DNA from: Planctomycetota bacterium
GTDB lineage: Bacteria > Planctomycetota > SZUA-567 > H5-PLA8
DNA length: 64,000 bases
Direction of reading: 5' to 3'
NCBI GenBank assembly: GCA_038227875.1
Contig: JBBRPR010000022.1
Location: forward strand, 32,001 to 96,000
Part shown: positions 47,007 to 56,722 of the stretch, one piece after another
Layout: each line of letters starts with the position of its first letter
How positions within the stretch are numbered: the first letter of the stretch is position 1
Position numbers and translations under genes: made by a program
The notes under the pieces: model-generated
Told to the model about the DNA's origin: nothing
The model's input: only the letters and a program-made list of their open reading frames with translations
Databases searched by the model: none

Positions 47007-47699
47007 ATGCTGAAAGTTTCGAAAATCTGTGCGCTGGCGCTGATTTCTTTCTTCGCTCTGAACACACAGCCCCTGTTCGCCCAAGACGCCGAAGACATGG
47101 TGCTGAACCGCAAGGGCGAAGCGAACGCGCGTATCGACTTGAGCGTCCCGACAACGCACTCAGGCATGAACGCCTCGCGGGCCGAAAGCCTGGCGCTGCA
47201 GAGCTCCTCGAACATCCGCCTCGCCGGTCTCCTCCTGGTGCTGCTCGGGGCGTGCGGTGGTGCGACGGTGCTTTACTACAAGCGCCGCCGCGGCACTTCT
47301 TCCGCGACCGGCTCGCCCCGCTTGAACATTGTCGAACGCCTGCCCTTTGGACCCAACCGCGAATTCGTGCTCTTAAAGGCCTGCGACCGGATGCTGGTGG
47401 TCGCGGCGCATGGAAACCAGATCGTTTGCCTGACGGACATGGCCACCGATCTCGCTCCCGTGACTGCCGCGTCCATGCCCCACATGATGGAAGCTACCGG
47501 CCAGGCTCAAGATTACAGCGATGCAGCGCCGCTCTCCTACGAGTCGCTCTTCTCGCAGGTTCGCCGCCGCGCCTCGGGTGACGTGACCCCGCCGGCCCGC
47601 GCCAAGGCCCCGGCGCAGATGGCCAAAACCGCGCCTGTTCCCGTGCAGGTCGCCGCTCAAGAAAACGACTGGCCGGAAATTGAAGGAGCCGACAAGTGA
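47007..47699 (+). CDS. fliO: Export protein FliO/FliZ-like
   Basis: Signal-like N-terminus, TM, LNIVERLPFGPNREFVLLK...MLVV; directly before fliP. Confidence 0.8.
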   Translation: MLKVSKICALALISFFALNTQPLFAQDAEDMVLNRKGEANARIDLSVPTTHSGMNASRAESLALQSSSNIRLAGLLLVLLGACGGATVLYYKRRRGTSSATGSPRLNIVERLPFGPNREFVLLKACDRMLVVAAHGNQIVCLTDMATDLAPVTAASMPHMMEATGQAQDYSDAAPLSYESLFSQVRRRASGDVTPPARAKAPAQMAKTAPVPVQVAAQENDWPEIEGADK

Positions 47700-48484
47700 A
47701 CGTCCGCCGCTTACTTCCCTCAACCTGCACGCTGCTGTTGGCCGTCATGCTGGTGCTGATCGTTGTGGCGCCACACGCGATGGCTCAGGAAGCAGGCAAC
47801 ACCCCGACCGCCACGCCAGCGCCCTTTGAAGTCAAAGTCGGTGAAGACGGCCCGCGCCTCAGCGCCAACTTGAGCATCCTCATCGGCATGACGTTGCTGG
47901 CGATGCTCCCGGCCGCGCTGGTGATGATGACCTCGTTCACCCGCATCATCATCGTCCTGGGTTTCCTGAGAAACGCGCTCTCCACGCAGCAGACTCCGCC
48001 CAACATTGTGCTGATCGGCATCGCCATGTTTCTGACCCTTTTCATCATGGCCCCGACCATGGAACGCGTGCAGCAGAACGCCGTCGGACCGTACATGAAG
48101 GGCGATATCAACGCCACCGAAGCGATCGACAAGGGCCTGCTGCCGATGCGCGAATTCATGGGCAAGCAGACCCGCAAGAAGGACTTGGCGCTGATGGTTG
48201 ACCTCTCCCGCGCCAAGACGCCCAAGGACTTCAGTGAGATTCCAACCCTGACGCTGGTCCCAGCGTTCATGCTCAGTGAACTGCGCACCGCGTTTCAGAT
48301 GGGATTCCTGCTCTTCCTGCCGTTCCTGGTGATCGACCTGGTCGTCTCTTCTGTGCTGATGTCGCTGGGAATGATGATGGTGCCGCCGGCCAGCATCAGT
48401 CTGCCCTTGAAACTGCTCCTATTCGTCGCCGCAGATGGCTGGGACTTGCTCGTGAAATCACTCGTCGTCTCCTTTGGTGGATAG
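47696..48484 (+). CDS. fliP: Export gate protein FliP
   Basis: MTSFTRIIIV, QQTPPN, PAFMLSEL, MSLGMMMVPP, DGW. Confidence 0.97.
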   Translation: MNVRRLLPSTCTLLLAVMLVLIVVAPHAMAQEAGNTPTATPAPFEVKVGEDGPRLSANLSILIGMTLLAMLPAALVMMTSFTRIIIVLGFLRNALSTQQTPPNIVLIGIAMFLTLFIMAPTMERVQQNAVGPYMKGDINATEAIDKGLLPMREFMGKQTRKKDLALMVDLSRAKTPKDFSEIPTLTLVPAFMLSELRTAFQMGFLLFLPFLVIDLVVSSVLMSLGMMMVPPASISLPLKLLLFVAADGWDLLVKSLVVSFGG

Positions 48485-48494
48485 GTAAACAGTC

Positions 48495-48764
48495 ATGGAA
48501 TCGGCTTCGCTCCTGACGCTTCTCTTCTCCGTCTTCATGGTTACGGCCAAGATCGCCGCACCATTGCTGATCTGCGGCATGCTGATCGGCCTGGCGACGG
48601 GCTTATTCCAGGCCGTGACGCAGATCAACGATGCCACGTTCGCGTTCCTCCCCAAAGTTGTCGTGATGGCGCTGGTGCTGTGGCTGTGCCTGCCTTGGAT
48701 CCTGCAGGAGATGACTGGCTTCCTCGGCCGCACGTTCGAAATGATGGAGCATGTGACGCGATGA
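48495..48764 (+). CDS. fliQ: Export gate protein FliQ
   Basis: FQAVTQINDATFAFLPK. Confidence 0.95.
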   Translation: MESASLLTLLFSVFMVTAKIAAPLLICGMLIGLATGLFQAVTQINDATFAFLPKVVVMALVLWLCLPWILQEMTGFLGRTFEMMEHVTR

Positions 48765-49531
48765 CTGTTTCGCTGCAGATTGTCTATCTGTTCATGCTGG
48801 TCACGTCGCGCGTCAGCGGCCTGGTGACGCTCGGCCCGGTCTTCTCGAGCATGATGGTCAACGCGAAAGTGCGTATCGCCCTGGTTCTTTCAATCTCCGC
48901 CGTGCTCACCGCCTCACTTCCCGCTCAGAAAGAGATCAACCCTTCCATGATGTCGATGGGCTTCGCGATGGCCGGCGAATTCGCGACGGGACTGCTGCTG
49001 GCTGGCGGTTTTCGCCTGGCGATGACCAGCGCAAGCATCGCCGGCGAGCTGGCGGGATTGCAGATGGGCCTGGGTTCGGCCTCGCTCTTCGATCCGCATA
49101 CGGCGGCCAACTCCTCGGTGCTCCCCAACTTTTTCGTCCAGGCGTTCACGGTCCTCTTCATCGCGCTCGACGGCCACCACCACATGCTGCGCATCCTGAG
49201 CGAAAGCCTGACGGTGCTGGCCCCCAACGCGAAAATGGCGCTGCCTTCGATCGAATTCCTGCTCCGCCAGACCGCCGAAATGCTCGCCTACGGCTGCCGC
49301 CTCGCCGCGCCGGTCGTGATTCCGCTGCTGCTGATCACCATCGCCGTGGGCATGGTCTCCCGCGTCTTCCCGCAGGCGAACGTGATGTCGCTCAGCTACG
49401 CCGTGAGCATGACCGTCGGGCTGCTCCTGCTGGCCGTGATGATGACGGGGATCGATGGCGCCGTATGGCACCTGATCCAGGACGCGGACCGCTTCGCGCT
49501 CCGCAATTTACAAGCTCTTGCTGGCAACTAG
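48761..49531 (+). CDS. fliR: Export gate protein FliR
   Basis: AGELAGLQMGL..ASLFDP, LDGHH, RVFPQANV. Confidence 0.95.
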   Translation: MTVSLQIVYLFMLVTSRVSGLVTLGPVFSSMMVNAKVRIALVLSISAVLTASLPAQKEINPSMMSMGFAMAGEFATGLLLAGGFRLAMTSASIAGELAGLQMGLGSASLFDPHTAANSSVLPNFFVQAFTVLFIALDGHHHMLRILSESLTVLAPNAKMALPSIEFLLRQTAEMLAYGCRLAAPVVIPLLLITIAVGMVSRVFPQANVMSLSYAVSMTVGLLLLAVMMTGIDGAVWHLIQDADRFALRNLQALAGN

Positions 49532-49566
49532 TGAACAGGGTTGGACTGAACTAAGGGAACGGGCAC

Positions 49567-50658
49567 ATGGCCGAAGACGAACAGGGCGATCGAACGGAAG
49601 CCGCATCACCGCGCAAGCGCGAAGAAGCGCGCAAAGCCGGCCAGTTCGCGCGCTCCCCGGATCTCTCCGGCGCCACGGTGCTCTGCGCCGCGCTGATCGG
49701 CCTCGGTGCGTTCGGCGGCACAATGTTCACCGGCGAAATCTCCTTCATGAAGCAGTGGATCGGCAACCTCGACGGCAAGACCGACGTCGTCAAGATTCTC
49801 ACCAATCAGTTCCCCACCGGCTTTGCCGCCGTAGGTTGGGGACTGCTGGGCATGCTGATCATCGTCGAACTCGCGGCGCTGGGCATCGGCATCGTACAGT
49901 GCGGTCTCCACATTCACGAAGACATCATCCCGCTGCGCTTCGAAAGCCTAAACCCGATGAACGGCTTCAAACGCATCTTCTCGATGCAGACTGTGCTGAG
50001 CACCGCCTTCGGACTGACCAAGATTGTCGTCATCTCCATCTTCGCCTACCGCATCATCCACACGCTGATCGAAGCTGCGCCATTCTGGTGGCAGTCGTCG
50101 CTGAATAACCTCTTCGCGATGGGCTGCGCGCTGGCCAGCCAGCTGGCCTGGAGCATCGCCATTCCCATGCTGCTGCTGGGGATCATGGACTACGGCTACA
50201 AGTGGTGGAAGACCGAAAAAGACCTGATGATGACCAAGGACGAAGTGAAGCAGGAAAACAAGCAGAACGACGGCGACCCGCACGTTAAAAACCGCATCCG
50301 CCAGATCCAGCGTCAGCGCGCCGCCAAACGCATGATGAAGGACGTGCCGAAAGCCACCGTGGTCATCACCAACCCGACGCACGTCGCAGTCGCGCTCTTC
50401 TACGATACGAAAACATCTGGCGCGCCGGTGGTCATCGCCAAGGGCGAACACCTGGTCGCGCAGCGCATCAAGCAGATCGCCCGCGAACACAACATTCCCG
50501 TCATGGAAGAGCCGCCGCTGGCCCGCGCGCTCAACCGCACCACCGAAATCGGCCAGGAAATACCTGTTGAGTTTTACCGGGCAGTGGCAGCCATTCTCGC
50601 CCTGCTGCATCGAGCCAAAAACGCGGCCGTTAGAACGGTCGCCGGGAGGCAGGCGTGA
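49567..50658 (+). CDS. flhB: Export switch protein FlhB
   Basis: RTEAASPRKREEARKAGQ, DGDPHVK, NPTH autocleavage motif. Confidence 0.97.
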   Translation: MAEDEQGDRTEAASPRKREEARKAGQFARSPDLSGATVLCAALIGLGAFGGTMFTGEISFMKQWIGNLDGKTDVVKILTNQFPTGFAAVGWGLLGMLIIVELAALGIGIVQCGLHIHEDIIPLRFESLNPMNGFKRIFSMQTVLSTAFGLTKIVVISIFAYRIIHTLIEAAPFWWQSSLNNLFAMGCALASQLAWSIAIPMLLLGIMDYGYKWWKTEKDLMMTKDEVKQENKQNDGDPHVKNRIRQIQRQRAAKRMMKDVPKATVVITNPTHVAVALFYDTKTSGAPVVIAKGEHLVAQRIKQIAREHNIPVMEEPPLARALNRTTEIGQEIPVEFYRAVAAILALLHRAKNAAVRTVAGRQA

Positions 50659-52793
50659 GTACAGCAGCGGCAATTCGCCCCAGTGGCATTCAAGGATTGA
50701 TGCGGCACATGGATGTCGCGTTGGCCTGCGGCGTCATCGGCGTGATCATCATCATGGTCGTGCCGCTGCCCACGTGGAGCCTCGACATCTTCCTCTGCTG
50801 CCAATTGGCACTCTCGCTCTCGATTCTGCTGGGCACGATCTACAGCGCCGAACCTCTGGAATTTTCGGGCTTCCCTCCCCTGCTCCTGATGGTCACGCTC
50901 TTCCGCCTTGGACTGAACGTCGCCACCGCCCGTCTAATCCTGCTGCAAGGCGATGCCGGCTCGGTGATTACCGCCTTCGGACAGTTCGTGGTCGGCGGCA
51001 ACTACATCGTCGGCGTGACGATCTTCCTGATCCTGCTGGTGATTCAATTCGTGGTGATCACCAAAGGCGCCGGCCGCGTGGCCGAAGTGGCCGCACGTTT
51101 CACGTTGGACGCCATGCCCGGTAAACAGATGGCCATCGACGCCGACCTGAATGCCGGCCTGATCAACGAAGAACAAGCCCGTGCCCGCCGCCAGAAGATC
51201 GAACGCGAAGCCAACTTTTATGGAGCCATGGACGGCGCCAGCAAGTTCGTCCGCGGCGATGCGGTGGCCGCGCTGATTATCACCGTCATCAATCTCCTCG
51301 GCGGTTTGGCCATCGCCTGCCTGCAGCGCGGCATGTCGCCCGGCGACGCCCTGAAGCACTTCGCCCTGCTGACCATCGGCGATGGTCTAGTCACCCAGAT
51401 CCCCGCACTGCTGATCTCCACCGCCTCCGGCATCCTGGTCACCCGCGGCGCTTCCGACCTGAGCCTCGGCGAAGATTTCGGCCGCCAGTTGTTCATGCGC
51501 CACAAGGCGTTGCGCGTCACCGGCGTCTTCCTGGCCATCTTTGCCTTTATCCCCGGACTGCCCACGATTCCGCTGCTGCTGATGGCCGCCGGCGCCTTCG
51601 CGCTCTCGACGATCGTCAAGCGCGACGAAGCCGTCAACACCGCCGCCGCGGCGCGCAAGACGGCGCTGGCCGGCAAAGATACGCCAGCGGGCACCACGCC
51701 CGCTCCCAAACCCGACTCACCCGAAGCGCAGCTCCAGATGGACATCCTGGAACTGGAGCTCGGACCCTCGCTGCTCCCGCTGGTGGATAAGGGCGGCGGC
51801 GACCTGCTCAACCGCATCACGACGATTCGCAAGAAGCTCGCCGCCGAACTGGGCATCATCATTCCGCCAGTTCGCGTGCGCGACAATCTGCAGCTCCCCG
51901 GCCGCCAGTACCGCGTGAAGGTGCGCGGCGCGGTGGTCACCGACAACACGCTCCAACCCGACCGCCTGCTGGCGATCGATCCGGGTGGCGCGAAGACCGG
52001 TCTGGATGGCCTGCCCGCCCGCGATCCGGCGTTCGGACTGCCGGCCCTCTGGATCACGCCCAACCAGCGTTCCCGAGGCGAAGCCTACGGTTACACGGTC
52101 GTCGAACCCGTCTCGGTGCTCTCGACGCACGTTCACGAAGTCATGCGCGCCAACGCCGCGGATCTGCTCTCGCGCCAGGATGTGCAGAAGATCGTCGACC
52201 GCGTCAAAGAATCCGACCCGGGCCTGGTCAAGGACATCATCCCCAACGCGATCACGCTGGCCACCCTGCACCGCGTCCTGCAAGGCTTGTTGCGCGAACG
52301 CGTTCCGATCAAGGACATGGGCACGATTCTGGAAGTGCTCGGCGATTCCACCGGACAGAACCGGACACTGGAAGCTCAGATCGAAGACATCCGCATCGCG
52401 CTCGCTCCGTCCTTTGTCGGTGCAATGCTCGACGACTCCGGCAAACTCATCTCCCTGGCGCTCGATCCTGCCTTGGAAAGCCGCCTGATCCAGAGTCTGG
52501 TTCAGAACGACCGCGGCGCGATGCTGGTCCTGCCGCCGCAGCAGGTTACGGCGCTGGTGCGCCGCATCAACGACGATGTCTCGGCGCTGCAGCGCAAGAA
52601 GCTCAAGCCGGTGCTCGTCTGCTCCGGTGCACTGCGCAACCACATCCGCCGCCTGATCGAACGTTCGGTGGCGACGCTGCCGGTGATTTCGTACTCCGAA
52701 GTGCCACGCCGGGCCACGTTGGAAATCGTGGCTCAGATTCCGACCACAATCTTCAACCCCGCCGAAGCAACCAAAGCGGTGATCAAGGCCTGA
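50655..52793 (+). CDS. flhA: Export gate protein FlhA
   Basis: RVAEVAARFTLDAMPGKQMAIDADL, FYGAMDGASKFVRGD. Confidence 0.98.
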   Translation: MSTAAAIRPSGIQGLMRHMDVALACGVIGVIIIMVVPLPTWSLDIFLCCQLALSLSILLGTIYSAEPLEFSGFPPLLLMVTLFRLGLNVATARLILLQGDAGSVITAFGQFVVGGNYIVGVTIFLILLVIQFVVITKGAGRVAEVAARFTLDAMPGKQMAIDADLNAGLINEEQARARRQKIEREANFYGAMDGASKFVRGDAVAALIITVINLLGGLAIACLQRGMSPGDALKHFALLTIGDGLVTQIPALLISTASGILVTRGASDLSLGEDFGRQLFMRHKALRVTGVFLAIFAFIPGLPTIPLLLMAAGAFALSTIVKRDEAVNTAAAARKTALAGKDTPAGTTPAPKPDSPEAQLQMDILELELGPSLLPLVDKGGGDLLNRITTIRKKLAAELGIIIPPVRVRDNLQLPGRQYRVKVRGAVVTDNTLQPDRLLAIDPGGAKTGLDGLPARDPAFGLPALWITPNQRSRGEAYGYTVVEPVSVLSTHVHEVMRANAADLLSRQDVQKIVDRVKESDPGLVKDIIPNAITLATLHRVLQGLLRERVPIKDMGTILEVLGDSTGQNRTLEAQIEDIRIALAPSFVGAMLDDSGKLISLALDPALESRLIQSLVQNDRGAMLVLPPQQVTALVRRINDDVSALQRKKLKPVLVCSGALRNHIRRLIERSVATLPVISYSEVPRRATLEIVAQIPTTIFNPAEATKAVIKA

Positions 52794-52823
52794 AGTTCAG
52801 GCCGCTAACGGAGTGTCCGAGCC

Positions 52824-53753
52824 ATGCAGATTAAAACGTGCCAGGCTGAGAACTTGAAGGCGCTGATGGATAAGATGCGGAAGCTCTACGGCCCTCAGGC
52901 CGTGCTGCTCTCCGTTCGTCGACTGGCGGACGACGATCGCCGTACTTCGGCCTACAACGTAATCGAAGGCACGGTGGCGACCGAAACACCGGCCGTGGCT
53001 CCGGAGCAGCCCACAGTGGCCTCCAAGCCCCAGATCCAGGCTCCTCCGCTCGCGGCTCGGCCACACCCGGCGCCGCGTGAATCGGCAGCGCAAAATGTGC
53101 CGTCCGATTTCTCGCACACGGCCCCTTCTGCACCGTGCGAGAGCCTCGCGACGCTGCAAGCTGTGGCTTTGGTCGGTCCGATGGGCGCCGGCAAGACCAC
53201 CACCGCCGCAAAAATTGCCGGTCGTTTGGCGCAGATGCGCAACCAACCCGTTGGCGTGATCTCCACGGATACCGATCGCCCGGGCGGCTCGGCACTTCTG
53301 GCGGCTTACGCGCAGGAACTGCAACTCTCGATGACCACCGCGACCGCGGCATCTGATTTGCAGAATCGTTTGTCACGCTGGAATTGCCGGGGACCACTGG
53401 TCATCGATACGCGCGGATACAGCCCTCGAGATGGCATCGCGATCGAACGCCTGGGCGAACTACTGAGCACCAATACCATGAAGATGCAACGCTACCTGGT
53501 TTTAAGCGCCACTGAACATCCGGCTGTGGCGCGCGAATGTCTGGACGCCTACGCCGCGATCGGTCTGCACGGTGTCGTCCTGACGCGCGTCGATCAGGCG
53601 GCCGGCATCGGTCACTGCCTGGCGGAAGTACGCAAGTCCAACGTGCCGATTGCTTTCATCGGCACCGGCGAACGCGTCCCGATGGATCTGCGAGAACCCA
53701 GTTCGACGAGTTTGCTGGCCCTGGAGAATTCCGCTCGAAACGTTTTCGCTTGA
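52824..53753 (+). CDS. flhF: SRP-family GTPase FlhF (short, divergent)
   Basis: MQIKT N-terminus, GPMGAGKTTTAAKIA, DTDR, IDTRG, TRVD, GERVPMDL; between flhA and flhG. Confidence 0.85.
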   Translation: MQIKTCQAENLKALMDKMRKLYGPQAVLLSVRRLADDDRRTSAYNVIEGTVATETPAVAPEQPTVASKPQIQAPPLAARPHPAPRESAAQNVPSDFSHTAPSAPCESLATLQAVALVGPMGAGKTTTAAKIAGRLAQMRNQPVGVISTDTDRPGGSALLAAYAQELQLSMTTATAASDLQNRLSRWNCRGPLVIDTRGYSPRDGIAIERLGELLSTNTMKMQRYLVLSATEHPAVARECLDAYAAIGLHGVVLTRVDQAAGIGHCLAEVRKSNVPIAFIGTGERVPMDLREPSSTSLLALENSARNVFA

Positions 53754-53789
53754 TCTACAACCCGCAGCGTTGTGCCGGAGCCGTACTGC

Positions 53790-54644
53790 ATGATCCCTGC
53801 TCACGAAAATAACACCAACCGAGAGCCACACATCTTTGTCATCGTCAGCGGCAAGGGCGGCGTCGGCAAGACTAACACCGCCGCCAATCTCGCCGTGCTG
53901 CTCTCCATGGGCGGCAAACGCGTGCTCCTCTGCGACGCCGACTTCGGCCTGGCCAACGTCGACGTACTACTGGGCCTCTCGCCTCAAAAAACCATTCGCG
54001 ATGTAATCGAAGAGCGCTGTAACCTCTCCGAAGCCATGCTCCGCGGCCCGGCGGGCATCACGATTCTCACCGCCTGTTCCGGCTACACCGACATGGCGGA
54101 ACTCGACGCGCACAAGATGGACTGGCTGCTCGAGGAACTCAAGAAATGCGCGGCCGGCTACGACTTCGTGCTGATCGACGCCCCCACGGGCATCGCCACC
54201 AACATGCAGCGCGTGATCGAATTGGCCGACGAAGCCATTCTGCTCACCACCCCCGAACCCACGGCCGTAATGGACGCTTACGCGGTGCTGAAAGTGCTCT
54301 CGACACGCGCTCCGGATCTGCCGGTGAAACTCGCAGTGAACATGATCTCCTCGATGGACGCCGGCGAACGCATCGCCGCGGGCATCGATGAAGTTGCCTC
54401 CAAGTTCCTTAACCGGCGCATCGAAACCGTGGCGCAGATGCCCTTCGACCCGAATGTGCAACTGGCCGTCCGCCGCCAGATTCCGTACGCCTTGAATTTT
54501 CCCAACTGCCCCGCGTCGCGGTCGCTGCGCCTGATGTGCCAGCGCCTGCTTAACGGCATGCGGGAGCCGGTGTTGTCCACCGCCAGTCGCTTCAGCGCCA
54601 CGCTGAACCGGTCCACGTCCTGGCCTGGCCCCTTGAACGGATAA
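53790..54644 (+). CDS. flhG: MinD-like ATPase FlhG (FleN)
   Basis: SGKGGVGKT, DADFGLANVD, TTPEPTAVMDAY; start approximate. Confidence 0.93.
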   Translation: MIPAHENNTNREPHIFVIVSGKGGVGKTNTAANLAVLLSMGGKRVLLCDADFGLANVDVLLGLSPQKTIRDVIEERCNLSEAMLRGPAGITILTACSGYTDMAELDAHKMDWLLEELKKCAAGYDFVLIDAPTGIATNMQRVIELADEAILLTTPEPTAVMDAYAVLKVLSTRAPDLPVKLAVNMISSMDAGERIAAGIDEVASKFLNRRIETVAQMPFDPNVQLAVRRQIPYALNFPNCPASRSLRLMCQRLLNGMREPVLSTASRFSATLNRSTSWPGPLNG

Positions 54645-54650
54645 TCGACC

Positions 54651-55046
54651 ATGTCGCAAGCCGTCGCCACTCCTCCAGCGCCAGCCCCTGCTACGGCAGC
54701 ACCTGCAGCGCCACGCGTTTCAAACCCAAACGCAGCCGGTTCACTGGTCCGCGCGTTCGCTTCTGCTCCGAAGGGCGCTCCGCCCAAGCCCGTCGAAGAA
54801 GAAGCCCCACCCCCGGAACCGCGTTACAACCCCGTGGAGCTGGCGATTTTTCTGCGGCAGACCGTGCTGGTGATCTGTGCGATGGCGGCCGTGAGTTGCG
54901 CAGGCGCGGCGCGTTATGGCAACCGCAGCTGGTTGATGGCCGTGATGTGCGCCGCAGTCGCTGCAATCGTCTCTGGCGTCATCGGCATGGCGCTTGCACG
55001 TAGTTTTGCAGAACATTGTTTGACCGAGGACACGCCCGTTAAATAG
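54651..55046 (+). CDS. Hypothetical two-TM protein with Pro/Ala-rich N-terminus
   Basis: 131 aa, starts 6 bp after flhG, two hydrophobic helices. Confidence 0.65.
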   Translation: MSQAVATPPAPAPATAAPAAPRVSNPNAAGSLVRAFASAPKGAPPKPVEEEAPPPEPRYNPVELAIFLRQTVLVICAMAAVSCAGAARYGNRSWLMAVMCAAVAAIVSGVIGMALARSFAEHCLTEDTPVK

Positions 55047-55102
55047 GCAAACGCAGCCGGATGTCCTGGATCCCACGGTACTGAGCGGGAAGCCGGGTCT
55101 GA

Positions 55103-55954
55103 GTGAAAGGCAGTCTTATCGTGCTCGATTCAGAATCACACACTCACTCACACGCCCGAGGCCCCTCCGAGCCCCAGGTCTCCCCGCTGCCCTCACCTAT
55201 CCAGCAACTCTGGGCGCGCCGCACCGCCGATCCCACGGACGCCGATGCCGTTGAGCAGCTCGTCATTCATTACCGCCCGCTGGTCAATTCCGAAGTCCAC
55301 CGCGCCCGCGCCAAGTTTCCGCGCCATGTCGATCCCGATGAACTCGATGCCGCTGGATTGGAATCACTCTTCATGGCCATCGACGGTTACGACCCGTCGT
55401 TCGGCACCACGTTCGAAGGCTACGCGCGCCGGCGCATCTGGGGCGCGATTCTCGACCGCGTCCGCTCCATGGACGGCACCCCGCGGACCGTCCGCCGCGC
55501 CGCGAAGGTACTCAACGGCGCCACCAACAGCTTCCTCCAGCGCACCGGCCGCCAGCCTGGCATGGAAGAGCTGGCCGAGGAAGCGGAAGTTTCAGCCGAT
55601 GAGCTCAAGCATCTTGAACGCTACTCGCGCATGTCCGGCAAGCTCTCGCTCGATGCCGTCTCGTCGAATGGTCAGTCGGATCACGACGATTCCTACGCGA
55701 CCGCTGCCGGCCTCTCGAACGACAAGGTCCGCGATCCGCTCCAGCAGCTCACCGATGGCGAAACCAAAGCCGCGCTAGTCAAAGGGATTGAAGCCCTCCC
55801 CGATCGCGAACGCGCCATCCTAGTGCTGCACTACCACGAAGGCATCATGTTTAACGAAATTGCCGCCGCGATGAACGTCTCCGAATCGCGCATCTCGCAG
55901 ATTCACGGACGTGCGCTGGAACGACTGAAGCGGTTCCTCACTTGCCGCGAGTAG
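55103..55954 (+). CDS. fliA: RNA polymerase sigma28 FliA
   Basis: TFEGYARRRIWGAILD, region 4 EIAAAMNVSESRISQIH; start approximate. Confidence 0.93.
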   Translation: MKGSLIVLDSESHTHSHARGPSEPQVSPLPSPIQQLWARRTADPTDADAVEQLVIHYRPLVNSEVHRARAKFPRHVDPDELDAAGLESLFMAIDGYDPSFGTTFEGYARRRIWGAILDRVRSMDGTPRTVRRAAKVLNGATNSFLQRTGRQPGMEELAEEAEVSADELKHLERYSRMSGKLSLDAVSSNGQSDHDDSYATAAGLSNDKVRDPLQQLTDGETKAALVKGIEALPDRERAILVLHYHEGIMFNEIAAAMNVSESRISQIHGRALERLKRFLTCRE

Positions 55955-56017
55955 GCTCGTGGGGACCTTCAGGTCAATTGGCCTGATGGTTAGAAATCAA
56001 CACCTGCTGGGCCGCGT

Positions 56018-56356
56018 GTGGCGATGAAAAACTCCAACGCTACCGACCGCCGGACAACCTACCGACACCACTGCAATTCTGTCTGCCAGGTGGGCCTCAA
56101 CGCAGTCCTGCGCGACTTGAGTCTGGGCGGCGCGGCCGTCGAGCTCCCGTTTTGCGTGCCGCCGGGCGAACGGATTCTCCTGCGTATCTACGACAACGAT
56201 CCCAAACTGCGAAGTGTGTCTGCGGAAGTGCTCTCCACCAGCGGCGGACGAGTGCATGCATATTGCATGCACGTGCGCTTTTATAAGCTTCAGCCGGACG
56301 TGGAAAAAGCGCTGCAGCGCTACTTGCTTGCGCTGCAGGCGAATCGAGTGGCGTAG
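56018..56356 (+). CDS. Stand-alone PilZ domain protein (putative c-di-GMP receptor)
   Basis: RRTTYR (RxxxR) and DLSLGG (DxSxxG). Confidence 0.82.
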   Translation: MAMKNSNATDRRTTYRHHCNSVCQVGLNAVLRDLSLGGAAVELPFCVPPGERILLRIYDNDPKLRSVSAEVLSTSGGRVHAYCMHVRFYKLQPDVEKALQRYLLALQANRVA

Positions 56357-56451
56357 GTTTTGGTGCGGGTCGAGTCGGTCAGTGAGCACGTTGTGTTGTG
56401 GTATGGACTGGACAGTGTCCGATTTCTCGGACGCTTGCATCGGCTGGTGTG

Positions 56452-56658
56452 TTAGTCGCAGACAAAGTAATCTTTATGGCCACAGACACATTCGTATTCG
56501 AATCCCTTCACAGCGCCGTTCTCTTTCTTCAGTGTCAGCTTGCCGAATTCAGAATGCTTTCCCATAGGCTGAATCAGGACCGGCTGCGTCGCCACGGTAA
56601 CGGCGCTGGCCTTCAAGCAGGCGGTATTGCGGCGGATGATTGCGGTGCGATTTCCCAT
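56452..56658 (-). CDS. Small Cys-containing hypothetical protein (68 aa)
   Basis: GGAGA RBS before ATG 56658; C-terminus GFEYECVCGHKDYFVCD; fills the intergenic gap and has its own -24/-12-like site. Confidence 0.6.
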   Translation of the reverse strand: MGNRTAIIRRNTACLKASAVTVATQPVLIQPMGKHSEFGKLTLKKENGAVKGFEYECVCGHKDYFVCD

Positions 56659-56707
56659 TGTAAAATTCTCCGAGGTGTCCATTCACTGCGTTCCGTAGTG
56701 TTACATG

Positions 56708-56722
56708 GCAAATCAAAGGCCC
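56708..56722 (-). promoter_or_regulatory. Possible sigma54 promoter for the small Cys protein
   Basis: Minus strand GGGCCTTTGATTTGC. Confidence 0.5.

Noticed and set aside
33184..52793. Non-flagellar type III secretion system
   Set aside because: MotAB, FliG/M/N, rod, hook and L/P-ring genes are present and there is no secretin, so the export genes are flagellar
55979..55995. Sigma54 promoter before the PilZ gene (TGGCCTGATGGTTAG)
   Set aside because: The -12 position reads AG rather than GC
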